From assembly GCF_000281045.1 (NCBI RefSeq), contig NW_008246069.1:76492-135614 (forward strand): a DNA stretch of 59,123 bases, given 5' to 3'. Below are positions 44,921 through 55,635 of the stretch, piece after piece. The position numbers were made by a program, and so were the translations under genes. The notes under the pieces were generated by a model. It worked only from the letters and a program-made list of their open reading frames with translations. It was not told the origin of the DNA and searched no databases. Position 1 is the stretch's first letter; every line of letters starts with the position of its first letter. The DNA comes from Saprolegnia diclina VS20 (lineage: Eukaryota).

Positions 44921-45462
44921 NNNNNNNNNNNNNNNNNNNNNNNNNNNNNNNNNNNNNNNNNNNNNNNNNNNNNNNNNNNNNNNNNNNNNNNNNNNNNNNN
45001 NNNNNNNNNNNNNNNNNNNNNNNNNNNNNNNNNNNNNNNNNNNNNNNNNNNNNNNNNNNNNNNNNNNNNNNNNNNNNNNNNNNNNNNNNNNNNNNNNNNN
45101 NNNNNNNNNNNNNNNNNNNNNNNNNNNNNNNNNNNNNNNNNNNNNNNNNNNNNNNNNNNNNNNNNNNNNNNNNNNNNNNNNNNNNNNNNNNNNNNNNNNN
45201 NNNNNNNNNNNNNNNNNNNNNNNNNNNNNNNNNNNNNNNNNNNNNNNNNNNNNNNNNNNNNNNNNNNNNNNNNNNNNNNNNNNNNNNNNNNNNNNNNNNN
45301 NNNNNNNNNNNNNNNNNNNNNNNNNNNNNNNNNNNNNNNNNNNNNNNNNNNNNNNNNNNNNNNNNNNNNNNNNNNNNNNNNNNNNNNNNNNNNNNNNNNN
45401 NNNNNNNNNNNNNNNNNNNNNNNNNNNNNNNNNNNNNNNNNNNNNNNNNNNNNNNNNNNNNN
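44921..45462. other. Assembly gap (542 N)
   Basis: Run of N. It hides the 5' end of DECR2 and probably part of a divergent promoter. Confidence 1.
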
Positions 45463-46242
45463 GGCTCGGGCATTGGCCTTGAGATCGCCCGCCAGCTCGG
45501 CCGGTTTGGCGCCAAGGTCGTCCTCATGGGACGCCGTGCACCGGTACTCGAAGCGGCGGTGGCCTCGCTGACGGCCGATGGCGTCACGGCAACGTATGTT
45601 GCCGGTGACGTGCGCAAGCCGGAGGATGCGAGCGCGGCCGTCGCCATGGCCGTCTCGACGTACGGCACCTTGAACGTCTTGGTCAACTGCGCCGCGGGCA
45701 ACTTTCTCAGCACGGCGCAAGACCTCTCGACGAACGCATTCCGCACCGTCCTCGACATTGACACGGTCGGCACGTTCAACATGAGCCGCGCGGCCTTTCC
45801 GCATCTGAAAGGAGACGGGGTTGTGCTCAACATTAGCGCCAATTTGCATCTGTACGCAACGTGGTACCAGGTGCATGCGTCGGCGGCCAAGGCGGCCGTC
45901 GACTCGATCACGCGGTCGCTTGCGCTCGAGTGGGGTCGCTACAACATCCGCGTCGTGGGCATCGCGCCCGGGCCGATCGCCGACACGCCGGGCATGAACA
46001 AGCTCGCAGGCGATGCAGCCGAAGACATGATCAAGGAAGTGACCGCGCTGCGCCGCATGGGCACCAAGCTCGAGATCGCCCACCTCGCGGTCTTCCTTGT
46101 CTCGAGTGGCGGTGCCAACATCACGGGCCACACGATCGTCTCGGACGGCGGCCAGCACATTTACCGGGAGCCAGGCATGCCCGCCGAGATGGTGACCGAG
46201 TGGAGCCGTCGCCGGGAGGCACAGGTGAAGAGCAAGCTCTGA
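45463..46242 (+). CDS. DECR2: Peroxisomal 2,4-dienoyl-CoA reductase (SDR), 5' end in gap
   Basis: GSGIG, LVNCAAGNF, NAFRTVLDIDTVGTFN, HASAAKAAVD, IAPGPIADT, DGG and C-terminal PTS1 SKL. Confidence 0.93.
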   Translation, partial: GSGIGLEIARQLGRFGAKVVLMGRRAPVLEAAVASLTADGVTATYVAGDVRKPEDASAAVAMAVSTYGTLNVLVNCAAGNFLSTAQDLSTNAFRTVLDIDTVGTFNMSRAAFPHLKGDGVVLNISANLHLYATWYQVHASAAKAAVDSITRSLALEWGRYNIRVVGIAPGPIADTPGMNKLAGDAAEDMIKEVTALRRMGTKLEIAHLAVFLVSSGGANITGHTIVSDGGQHIYREPGMPAEMVTEWSRRREAQVKSKL

Positions 46243-46300
46243 GCTCCAAGCTCTAAGCTCTAAGCTCTAAGCTCTAAGCTCCAAGCTCCAAGCTCTAAGC
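46234..46300 (+). repeat. 7-bp tandem repeat (AAGCTCY), 9 units plus a partial, starting in the DECR2 KL-stop codons
   Basis: aagctct gagctcc aagctct aagctct aagctct aagctct aagctcc aagctcc aagctct aagc. Confidence 0.95.
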
Positions 46301-46335
46301 GTTAAATTTAGCTTCATCTTTCGAGAGTTTCGTAT

Positions 46336-49300
46336 ATGACTGTCGCGCGCTGGGCGTCCCGGACGGCGCCAGAGCTCAGCGCAGCTGAGGCAATCCGTGT
46401 CGCAAACGAGCTCCTCTCTCAGTCCACGGAGACGACCTCGCGGCCGTCGGCCGTTCGCCCGTCGTCGGCGGTCAAGAAGCGCCTACCAGCAACGACGATG
46501 ATGACGCCGGCGCCGTCGATCGAGCGATGGCTTCGCGCCGAGACGACAGTCGCGTCTATGGCCAGTGTCGGCGCCGCCCTCGCCCTCGAGATGACCGAGC
46601 TCGACGGCCTCCTTTCGAAACGCATTGCGCTGCCGTACTACGACGCCCACCTCATGGACGCCGACCTCCAGGCGCTGCATGCGGCGCTCGGCGCGCAGAC
46701 CGACGCGTACTTGAGCGACTTGCACGACGGGTTCCGCCGCCTCCGCCGCCTCGTCCACACAACAGACAACTCGCTGCAATCACTCGCATTGAGCTCGGCG
46801 CGGTACCTGCCCCGGCACGAGATCCAGGCCGCGATCAAACCGGTCCTCGCTTCGGATACCGCGCTCTCATTCGATCGCATCGACCTCATGCTCGTGCACT
46901 GCGACGTCCGTGGCGATGGCAGCGTCGACATGCAGCGCTTTATGACGCTGCTCGAGGCGTCGCCGCCGCCCCGCGAACGCATCATGCAATTCGCTTTTTA
47001 CCTGCTTTGGCCACGCGCGCTCGTGTCGAGCGGCCATGACGAGCGGCTGCGCATTTACAAGCTCGTCGCGCTCCTCAAGGAGAATCATGCACGCGACCCG
47101 GTGCCTGCATTTGAAATGACGTTGCAGTGGCTCCAGGCGTTTGACGGTACAACTTGCTTGTTGCGATGGATTTTTTGAGTTTGAGATTGGAATGTGGGAA
47201 ATTGAGAATGGAGTTTGCACTTGTAGCGCCAGCGCTGACCTTGACCGACTGGATGTGCTTCCATCGGCTTCAGAGTGATAGCATGGACCACGATGCAGAC
47301 TTTGTGCGCTTCCTCCGTACGTCTCCATGTTGGTTGGACGCTGGTGGATTTGCGAGTAGACGCGACGTGGCATGTCCTGGCGATGGAGCCCGTGCCCATG
47401 ACGTGGCAGCGCGAGAGAGCCATGTGCGATACGCTCTTGCAACAGGCAGCGGAAGCGCGCACGGCGCAAAAGGCCCAGCAGCGACGAAGTGGCCTCGCCC
47501 ACGAACTCCGCGACCTCGAGACGCGCGTGCGCGCGCTCTGTGTTCGTCTTCGCGAGGCTTGTCTCTCGCTCACCCGCGCCAGTGTGTCGGGCGCTGTCTT
47601 GGCCGCCGACATGAGCGCTGCCAAGATGGTGTTTGACCAGCTGCATCGCCTCGAGGCACTGCACATCACGCCGGTGCTGACGACGCTCCCGGACGCGGCA
47701 GCGCTCGCAGGTCTGATCGAATTGGACATTGCGCACCTGGGGCTCTGGCACTTGCCCGGCACAGAGCTCGTGCACTTGCGCATCTTGCGGGCGTCGCAGT
47801 ACGGTAAAGTGTATTCGTGAGCAAGGGCATGAAAGCGTGCGTAGCAACCAGCTCCGCAAGGAGAGCCTCCCCAACGTGCGCGCGCTTTGGCCGCAGCTGC
47901 GCGTACGCACCAAGACGAGTTTGACGGTCGCTCACGACGCCATTTCTAGGAGCTGGACGTCTCCAACAATGCACTCACCGGTCTTCCCGAGGTAGACTCC
48001 TCTACATGGCTTTGGTGCTACCCTGGGATGAATGGACAGATATGTCAGTCCTGGACGCTCCTCGAAGCGTGCAATCTTTCGAGCAATCAACTCGTGACGC
48101 TGTCCGAGACCATTGTTGGGGAGTGGCGTCAGCTTCGCAGTTTGCAGCTCCACGACAACCGGCTCACTTCGCTGCCGAGCACACTGCGCCACTGCGAGGC
48201 CCTCACAACCCTCTTCTGCCACCGCAATGCACTCCACGCGCTGCCTGCGTGCGTGGCCGATCTGGACGCGCTTGCGGATACCACCTTTCACCACAACCAG
48301 ATCACGTCTCACGGTACAAACCACCACGATATCGCATCTTAGCGCGTGCCGGGTAGGCATCGGACCGGCTGTGCCCGAGCGGCGCCATCTGCGGCAGCTG
48401 GCGCGGTGTACCTTGTCCTACAACAGCCTCGAGTCTCTGCCGTACGAGCTCCGGGACCTAACCCAGCTGCGGTCGCTCAGCCTCGGCCACAACCAGATAC
48501 GCGACCTTGGATCCGCCGACTTTTCTGGCCTCGTTGTATGCACCGAGGTCGACTTGCGACACAACTGTCTAAGGGAGCTTCCGCCCTCGCTGTTTGCGAT
48601 GCCGAAGCTGCAGCACCTTTTCGTGCACTCCAATATCCTGACCGACCTCCCTTCCAGTATCGGATTCGCGCCGGCACTGATTTCGGTCCATGCGCACACC
48701 AACCATTTATCCAGTGTACTATCCTATCCTATCCAAGTATACGACTCGAAATTCACGGGATAGGTGCCATCTGAATTGAGCAATGTGGCGACCTTAGCGC
48801 ACTTGGACCTGTCGCGGAATCGACTACGCACCCTACCATTGGCGTGGACGGCGTTTCTAACGCATCGCCAGCCCGAAAGTTCACAGCTCGTGCTCGAGAC
48901 GCTCAAGCTGGACGGTAGGAGACCGTCTTTGTTTCAACGTTGTATCAACTCTGTATCAACTCGTCTACACTAGACAACCCGTGGGAGAAAGCGCTGGAGG
49001 ACATTGTCGTCCATGGAAGGTACACGTCGCCGAGCGCCCAGCAAATGACACTGGTGCGCTAGTTCAATGCCACAAACATATCGAATAAACAATGCCTAGA
49101 CGCTTCTCAAGCTCGTCGACTACCTCCAAATCACAACTACGAAGCGCTCCAAAGTCGACTTTACCGTGTTCCAGAAGCAGCACAAGAACGACAAGAAGGT
49201 CTATCGCCTCCGCGTTCGGAAGGGCCAGGCCAAAGTGGCCACCGAATACCTCGAGTGGGCCTTCCGTGACCACCGCACGGCGTCTGGCGGTGTCTCAAAC

Positions 49301-50180
49301 GCCCGCTTTCGCAGTATTTTGCTCGACCTCGGGTGTCCGTGGACCGCTCTCGAGTGGTCGCGGGTCCTCGACCGATTCCCACTGCAGCCAGAGCCAGGCG
49401 TTGACCTCGACCGCTTCTTGGACGCGGTCGAGCGAGTCCACGACGCGCCTTTCGAGGCTCCCAGCTTCCCCGAACAAGTCTGCATGTACCTCCAAGACGC
49501 GACCGCAGCATCTGAGAAGGCGGCCATCTCAAAACCGTCTGCGCCTCGTGCACCGACAAGTCCTGCACCGACGCAGGCGACGCTCGCTACCACGTCAGCA
49601 ACGCCTGTCAAGGCACCAAGCACTCTCGCGCCGACGCCAGCAACCCCGACGCCGCCCGAGACAAAGCCCAAGACCAAGAACGCGTCGAGCACCGAAGCCC
49701 GACTGCGCCACCAAGTACTTCGACAGCGCGAGCGCATGGTGATCCTCCAGCAACAAATGCTCGACCAGAGAGCGCGACCGGTCGTCGACACGACAGCGGC
49801 GGCTCGGGGCGACCCGATCGCGACAGCTGACGATAACGCCAAGCGCCAAGGACTCACGCTACATTGCTTGGGCGAGACGAAGCGGACGAGTCTCGTCATG
49901 ACGGCCTACGAGTTGTCATGGACAGTACGCGAGCTCAAGCAACAGATTGAGGGCGAGCACGACATTCCAACGTCATCGCAGGTGCGCGGTTGCATCCGCT
50001 CCTGTTGCTAGTGAATCCATGCGAGACTAGGTGCTGCTGGCCGTCTACCTCGACCGCCGTCTGCGTCTCGCCGATGCGGTCGTCCTGGCAACGGTCCTCC
50101 ACGACACACCAACGCCGTCGCTGCAACTCCTCGTGGGCCCTCCAGTCCGCGCGATTTACGCACCCCGCGGCGACACCTAA
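46336..50180 (+). CDS. Multi-exon leucine-rich-repeat protein with EF-hand-like segments and a C-terminal ubiquitin-like domain (may be more than one gene)
   Basis: LRRs (LDVSNNALTGLP, LQLHDNRLTSLP, LSLGHNQIRDL, LDLSRNRLRTLP), DVRGDGSVDMQRF, Pro/Thr linker, WTVRELKQQIEGEHDIPTSSQVLL. Confidence 0.7.
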
Positions 50181-50216
50181 CCCCAATCCTAGACTCTCAT
50201 CGAATGGTTGTTACTA

Positions 50217-51593
50217 TTATATCGTTATGTACTCGGTCGGGTCCGACTCCATTGCATCGACTTGGCTTTTCAGAGCACGTAGATGGTCGTGGGCATGGCC
50301 CATGGCCTCTTCGAGCTGGTCGATGCGGGCGATCTGCTGGCCGAGCTTGTCAAGCATCGCGTTTTGCTGTTCGGCGAGCATCTGCTGTGTCTCGGAGATC
50401 TTGGAGAGAAGCGCCCAGAACGAATTCTGCTGCTCGGCGACCGCTGTCGACGACGTGGTTACGAGCTTGGGCTTGTGGCGCTCAAGGGACGCCGTGATCG
50501 ACTCCGTCGGAGTCACTTTTTTGGTTGTCGGTGGCGACAGCTCGTCGACTTCGGGGATCGGCGATGGCTCTTGGGGCGCTGTCGCTTGCAGAAACGTGTC
50601 GGCCGATGCATTTGAATGGCGGCCCATGAACGACGAGAGGTTCCGCCGGAAGGACGACCCGCCCGACTCGATCGAGCACTCCTCGATCGCCGTGAGCCGG
50701 TTGCGCTCCCGCCGTCGATTCTCTTCGAGCATCTCCATCACGATCGACGAGAGGTGCACGAGCATGTCGACTGCTCGGGCGTCGACCGCATCGCGCGGCG
50801 ACGTGTCAAGCACCATGATGGTGCCAATGACGTGGCCGTCCATCGTGACAATCGGCACTGACACATAAAACCGAATGTGCGCCGGGCCCGTCACGAGCGG
50901 GTTGGCAGCGAACCGCTTGTCGAGCGTGAGATCGCGGACCACCAGCGGCTTGGTAATACGATGCTCGATGAGGTGGCTGCAGAGCGCGAGTTCGCGCGGC
51001 AGCTGCGCGTGGGCAATGCCCATCGACGCCTTGTACCACTGCCGCATGGCGTCGACAAAGCCAATCGCGGCGACGCTGCAAGCAAACGTCTTGGCGGCCG
51101 CTTGGCACACAGCGTTGTACTCGGCCTCGACATGCGTGTCGAGGATCGCAAACGACGAGAGCGCGAGCAGCCGCGTCTCTTCGGCTTCCATATTGCCAAA
51201 CGAGTAGCTGTTTGTGCTTTGGTGGCTCTGTGACAGTGGCAGCAGCGTCGGCGGCGCGGCCGAGTTGCGGTAGAATTGGACTTCGCCAATGCAGTCCATG
51301 CAGATGCGCACCGTGAGGATCGTCGCGTTCTTGATCGACGAGCTGCGCTGGCGCGAGAGGGACGGGCGCGGCAGGACGTCGCGGACGTGCCGGTGCAAGG
51401 AGCACTGGCTGCACACAACCTCGCCGCACGCGCGGCAGTGGTGCTTGCGGACAAACGTGTTGAAGCGGCGGATGCAGATGACGCACTGCGGCCGATCCTT
51501 GTCGGCGACCCACTCGTTCATGTGCTTGAGGTGGAACTCGAGCACATCGTCGGGAATCCGGCCGCGCTTGGACGACGACGATGCGAGCAGCAT
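50217..51593 (-). CDS. FYVE + GAF domain protein with C-terminal coiled coil
   Basis: FYVE motifs WVAD, RKHHCRACG and RIC. GAF: EETRLLAL..ILDT, FVDAMRQWYKA, DKRFAANPLVTG, IRFYVSVPI, IGTIMVLDTSPR. Confidence 0.92.
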   Translation of the reverse strand: MLLASSSSKRGRIPDDVLEFHLKHMNEWVADKDRPQCVICIRRFNTFVRKHHCRACGEVVCSQCSLHRHVRDVLPRPSLSRQRSSSIKNATILTVRICMDCIGEVQFYRNSAAPPTLLPLSQSHQSTNSYSFGNMEAEETRLLALSSFAILDTHVEAEYNAVCQAAAKTFACSVAAIGFVDAMRQWYKASMGIAHAQLPRELALCSHLIEHRITKPLVVRDLTLDKRFAANPLVTGPAHIRFYVSVPIVTMDGHVIGTIMVLDTSPRDAVDARAVDMLVHLSSIVMEMLEENRRRERNRLTAIEECSIESGGSSFRRNLSSFMGRHSNASADTFLQATAPQEPSPIPEVDELSPPTTKKVTPTESITASLERHKPKLVTTSSTAVAEQQNSFWALLSKISETQQMLAEQQNAMLDKLGQQIARIDQLEEAMGHAHDHLRALKSQVDAMESDPTEYITI

Positions 51594-51802
51594 GGCGCGA
51601 GAGAGAGACTGGCGACGGTGTGGTAGAGGCCCATCAACTGCCAGCTGCTGTATCAGTGTCCTGCGACACCTGCAGCAGCTTTGGTGCATGTATTATTCAG
51701 CGACCAAGCAGGTCAGGGACGAGGGGCATCGTGTCATCATCTTCGTCGTATTTATAGCAGAAGAGAAGACCAACATGTAGTGTATTCCGAGTCATTTGGC
51801 CC

Positions 51803-54272
51803 TCATGCGTGAATCGCAGGACGGTCTTCTTCGGCGACGAGCCAGACGCTGTCGTCCTCTTGGTCGAGGCGCTGCGCGAGCGCGAGGATCGAGCCGGTCT
51901 CGAGAAGGTACGACACGAGGCGGTCGTTGGCGTCGACCATGTCGTCGAGGTGCCGCGTCGACGTCGTCTTGTGCTTGCCCGGGCGCAGCGGCCGCACCTC
52001 GCGCTGCTGCTCTTGCTGCTGCTGCTCGTGGTCGAGCTCGTCGTCGTCGTCATCGTCGTCGTCGTCGTCGTCATCGTCGCTCGAGGATTCGTCCGACGAC
52101 TTGCTCGTGCTCGGCCGCAGCGTCGGCGACGTCCCCGACGATGGCTTTTGCTGCTGGCGGAGCGCGGCCTTGCGCTCTTTCGTGCGCTGGCGCTTCTTTT
52201 GCCGCTTGTTGCGCTTGGACGCTTGCTTGGCCTGCTTCTCGGTCGTCTCCTTCTCCGTCTCCTCCTTCCAGAGACTCTCTTGGTACTTGAGGTGGAAGAT
52301 CGTGCAGTCGCAGTTCTTGCACACGTTGCACTTGCACTCGGCGCAAAAGAATGTGTCGTTCGAGTGTTTCGAGAAGGCGCCCATGCAGATCGCGCACGTC
52401 ACAAAGTGCTGCTGCCATATCCGCGTCGCTCTAATGCGTCGTGGGTCCTTGATACCTTGATACAAAGTACATACCGCTTCGCGACCGTCGCCGACTTGTG
52501 GGACACGAGGGTTTCAATGTTGGCCGATGCCATCAAGCCAGCGTACGGGTTGGGCGCGTCGAGTCGCTTGGCCTCGAGCTCGCCCACTTGCAGTATACGC
52601 TCGAGGCCTTCCAGCGCCATCATGACCATGCTCGTCTCTTCCAGTAGGTTGCCTAAGATCTGGATGCAGCCTTCGTTGACCAAGTATTCAATCTACATAG
52701 AAATAGAAGCGGTGAGATCCCAGCATATTGGCGTCAAAAGGACCGACTTGACTATCGGAGCCGCACGACGTCGCGTTGAGGACGACCCAGCACGCTTCGG
52801 AGCGCACCTCCGTGTCGGTGGCGTCCGACGACGCGAGGTTCATGAGCGACGGGATGCAGCCAGAGTCGAGCACGCATTGAATCTGGTCGACCGTGCCCGC
52901 GGCAATGTTGGAGAGCGTCCAGCACGCCTCCTTTTGGATCTCGCGGTTCGAATGCGCAATGAGCTTGCGCAGCGATGGCACCGCGCCACACTCGATGATA
53001 TGCTACACGACATGTCAACCGGTTGCGAGGTATGCAGCGTCGACGCTACCTGGGTGTAGTCGTGGTCGTCCTCGGCGCAGACAATGTTGCCAATGGCACG
53101 CAGCGCAGGCTTGGTCACGCGCCACGAGTTGTGGCTGAGCAGCTCCACGAGGCGCAAGCACACTTCCGAGTCGACGACGGCCTGGATGTGCGTGCTCGGG
53201 CCGTCGCAGAGGTGTGAGAAGGCCCAGCACACGTGGCTCAGCACTTCCGTGTCCGAGCTCGCCAGCATCTACGTTGCTTGCATTCAAAAATGGAAACGCA
53301 ACGCGGTGCTGGTACCTTGCCGAGCGACGGAAGGACCAAGTTGATGTCAAAAACTGGTCGCGGCTGGCCGTCACAGAGGTTGCTCAGCGTCCACGTGAGG
53401 ATACGCAGGAGCGAGAGCTTCTCGGGCGGCGCTTTCTTGAGGCTGTTGACGAGGGGCGGCAGCGCGCCCGCCGAGAGCACCGAGTCGCGCGTGTGCGAGC
53501 CTTCGCCAGCCAAGTTGCCCAGCACCCAGACAGACTGCTCGAGGACCTGCAACAATGCCATGTTGAACCAAGGGCGACTGCAACATCGATGGTTGTACCT
53601 CTTCGTTGGGCGAGTCGAGGAGCGACACGAGCGTCGGGATGACGCCATTGTTGAGGAGCACGGACGTATTGTCCGTGGCGCCGGCGGCAATGTTGGTGAG
53701 CGCCCAGAGCGCCTCCACTTGCAGAAGCGGGTGGTCCTTCAATTTCAGCCAGCTAATGAGGCGCGGGGTCCAGTTTTTCTCAAGCATCTACGACCGCGTC
53801 AAGCGTGCGCCATGGGCTACGTGGCGCATCCCACCTGCCGGATCAGGAGGTCGCGCTCGCTCGAAAGGAGGAGGCGCAGCTTCTTCGCCGCTTCCATCTG
53901 GACCGTCGAATCTTGGGACGAGAGCCCGGCGTCGATCTGCGCAATGTCGCCCTGGAAGTCCTTGTTGCCGGCCATCGCGGCCGAGTGGGCAGCCGAGAGC
54001 GCTTGGATCCCGCTGCTAGCGAGGTGGACCATCGAGCTCGCGCTCATCGAGTGGGCGAAGGCCGCGGGGTGGTGGTGGGGCGCCTGGCGCGCCTTGGACG
54101 GGGGGAGCAGCGAGGCCAGCGACGTCGAGGTAGACGCGGGGGATGGCATCGGTCTCGACGGGATGCTAGCGATCGAGCGGAGGAACGCGGACGGGTCGAT
54201 GGACGCGGCAGGAGCGGCAGTCAGGGGATCGACTTCCGCCGACGCTGACCAGAACCTTGTACTGTTAGCCAT
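51803..54272 (-). CDS. Importin-alpha-like ARM protein with atypical termini, multi-exon
   Basis: ARM motifs EALWALTNIAAG, QSVWVLGNLAGE, TWTLSNLC, PALRAIGNIV, KEACWTLSNIAAG and LEGLERILQVGE, followed by a Cys-rich finger and basic and acidic tracts. Confidence 0.88.
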
Positions 54273-55635
54273 CCCAAAACTTTATCCCGTCGAATAATAA
54301 GTTTTCCCGCAATTTCACCGGCTGAACAAACCTCTACAAATGCATACTCAAAAATCCATCGAAGAAAGCATCTCAAGCGACATCGCATTGGTGCTACCGC
54401 CGTACACGTCCCGTCTTGGGTAGGCTTGCGCCCACGACCTCGTCGTCTCCAATTCCACGAGGTTGCCTGCGCTCGAGTTCCGTCGTCGCACCATGTAAAT
54501 ATGTAAAATCCCTAAATTGTGGAAAATGGGCGTTTTGAGATCCATGGAATTGAGTTTCAATGAGGGCACCCGGCCGCATCGGTATCGAGTAGCTTGCAAG
54601 GGTGAGAGACGAGAGAAGGATACTCTAGACGCCATCGCGTTTTGCCACCATAGTATGGGACGGCAAGCATGCACAACACCGGGAAGCGCTCGCGGTTTAA
54701 GTACCACGTTTTCTGAAACTCAAAAAACGCAGCTCAAAACCAGCTGTCCGACCTGCAGCATTGCATATTCGAAATCTTTGTTATCCGGATCTACCGGATA
54801 ACCGACAGACGCGCGCGATGACCGCCAGTGTTTAAAACCGTCCAAGATCGCACTGCCGCGTGGACAATGTCCTGTGGACTAAGTTCTCGGACAATCGGCC
54901 ACTCAGATCTAGGACGGGCGTGGTGGTTGAGTAGACAAGTTGTCTATTGCCAAGTACGAGAACCTTGGGGACAGGACACGGCGACTCCGACGACGGCGCT
55001 CTGGCGTACAGACACCTCTCGCATCCTCGCTCCATCGCATCGCAACCTACCGGTACTCGTATGAACAACAACTCAACTTATTGACGCCGCCGAGAGCATG
55101 ACGAGCGTGGCGCAGCCCCTCGTGCACGGGTTCCAGCAGTATTGCAACACAGCGCGGCGAGGACGAGCTTCGAGTCGGTGCGGCTATGGTTAGTCCTGCC
55201 CAAAGATATGTATACCAGTCGCATCATACCAGCGGGCGCATGCAAGAGTGCTCAGCATTAGTCGACGTACGTCTCGCACGAACGAGACCAAGGCGACACT
55301 TGCCGTGAGTCGGACACGTCTTCTGCTTGCTACAAGATATTCCACGGACGTCACTGGGCACCCTCAGTGCCCTGGTGCAGCCACGCCTCAAACGTGTGCG
55401 ACACAAACTGCGCTGGCAACAACCCCATCGGATCAACAACCAAATGAATGCAACAAAGACAGCAACACGACCGCGATCCCAGCGTGGGTGACACCCGTGC
55501 GTCTCGAAGCTAGTTTCGACATCTTGTCATCCATCTTGGAGTCGACGATTTAGAGAACACCAACCTCAGTCCATTAACTTAAATGTCTAGTCCGATATGC
55601 GGTAGTGGATTATAGAGTACATCGGAACAAACGCG

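Noticed and set aside
44772..46242. ORFs spanning the N run, including an in-frame ATG at 44914 for DECR2
   Set aside because: Frame continuity across an estimated gap is meaningless.
46234..46300. CRISPR-like or telomeric interpretation of the short repeats
   Set aside because: No spacers or cas genes, the context is eukaryotic, and the unit does not match TTAGGG/TTTAGGG.
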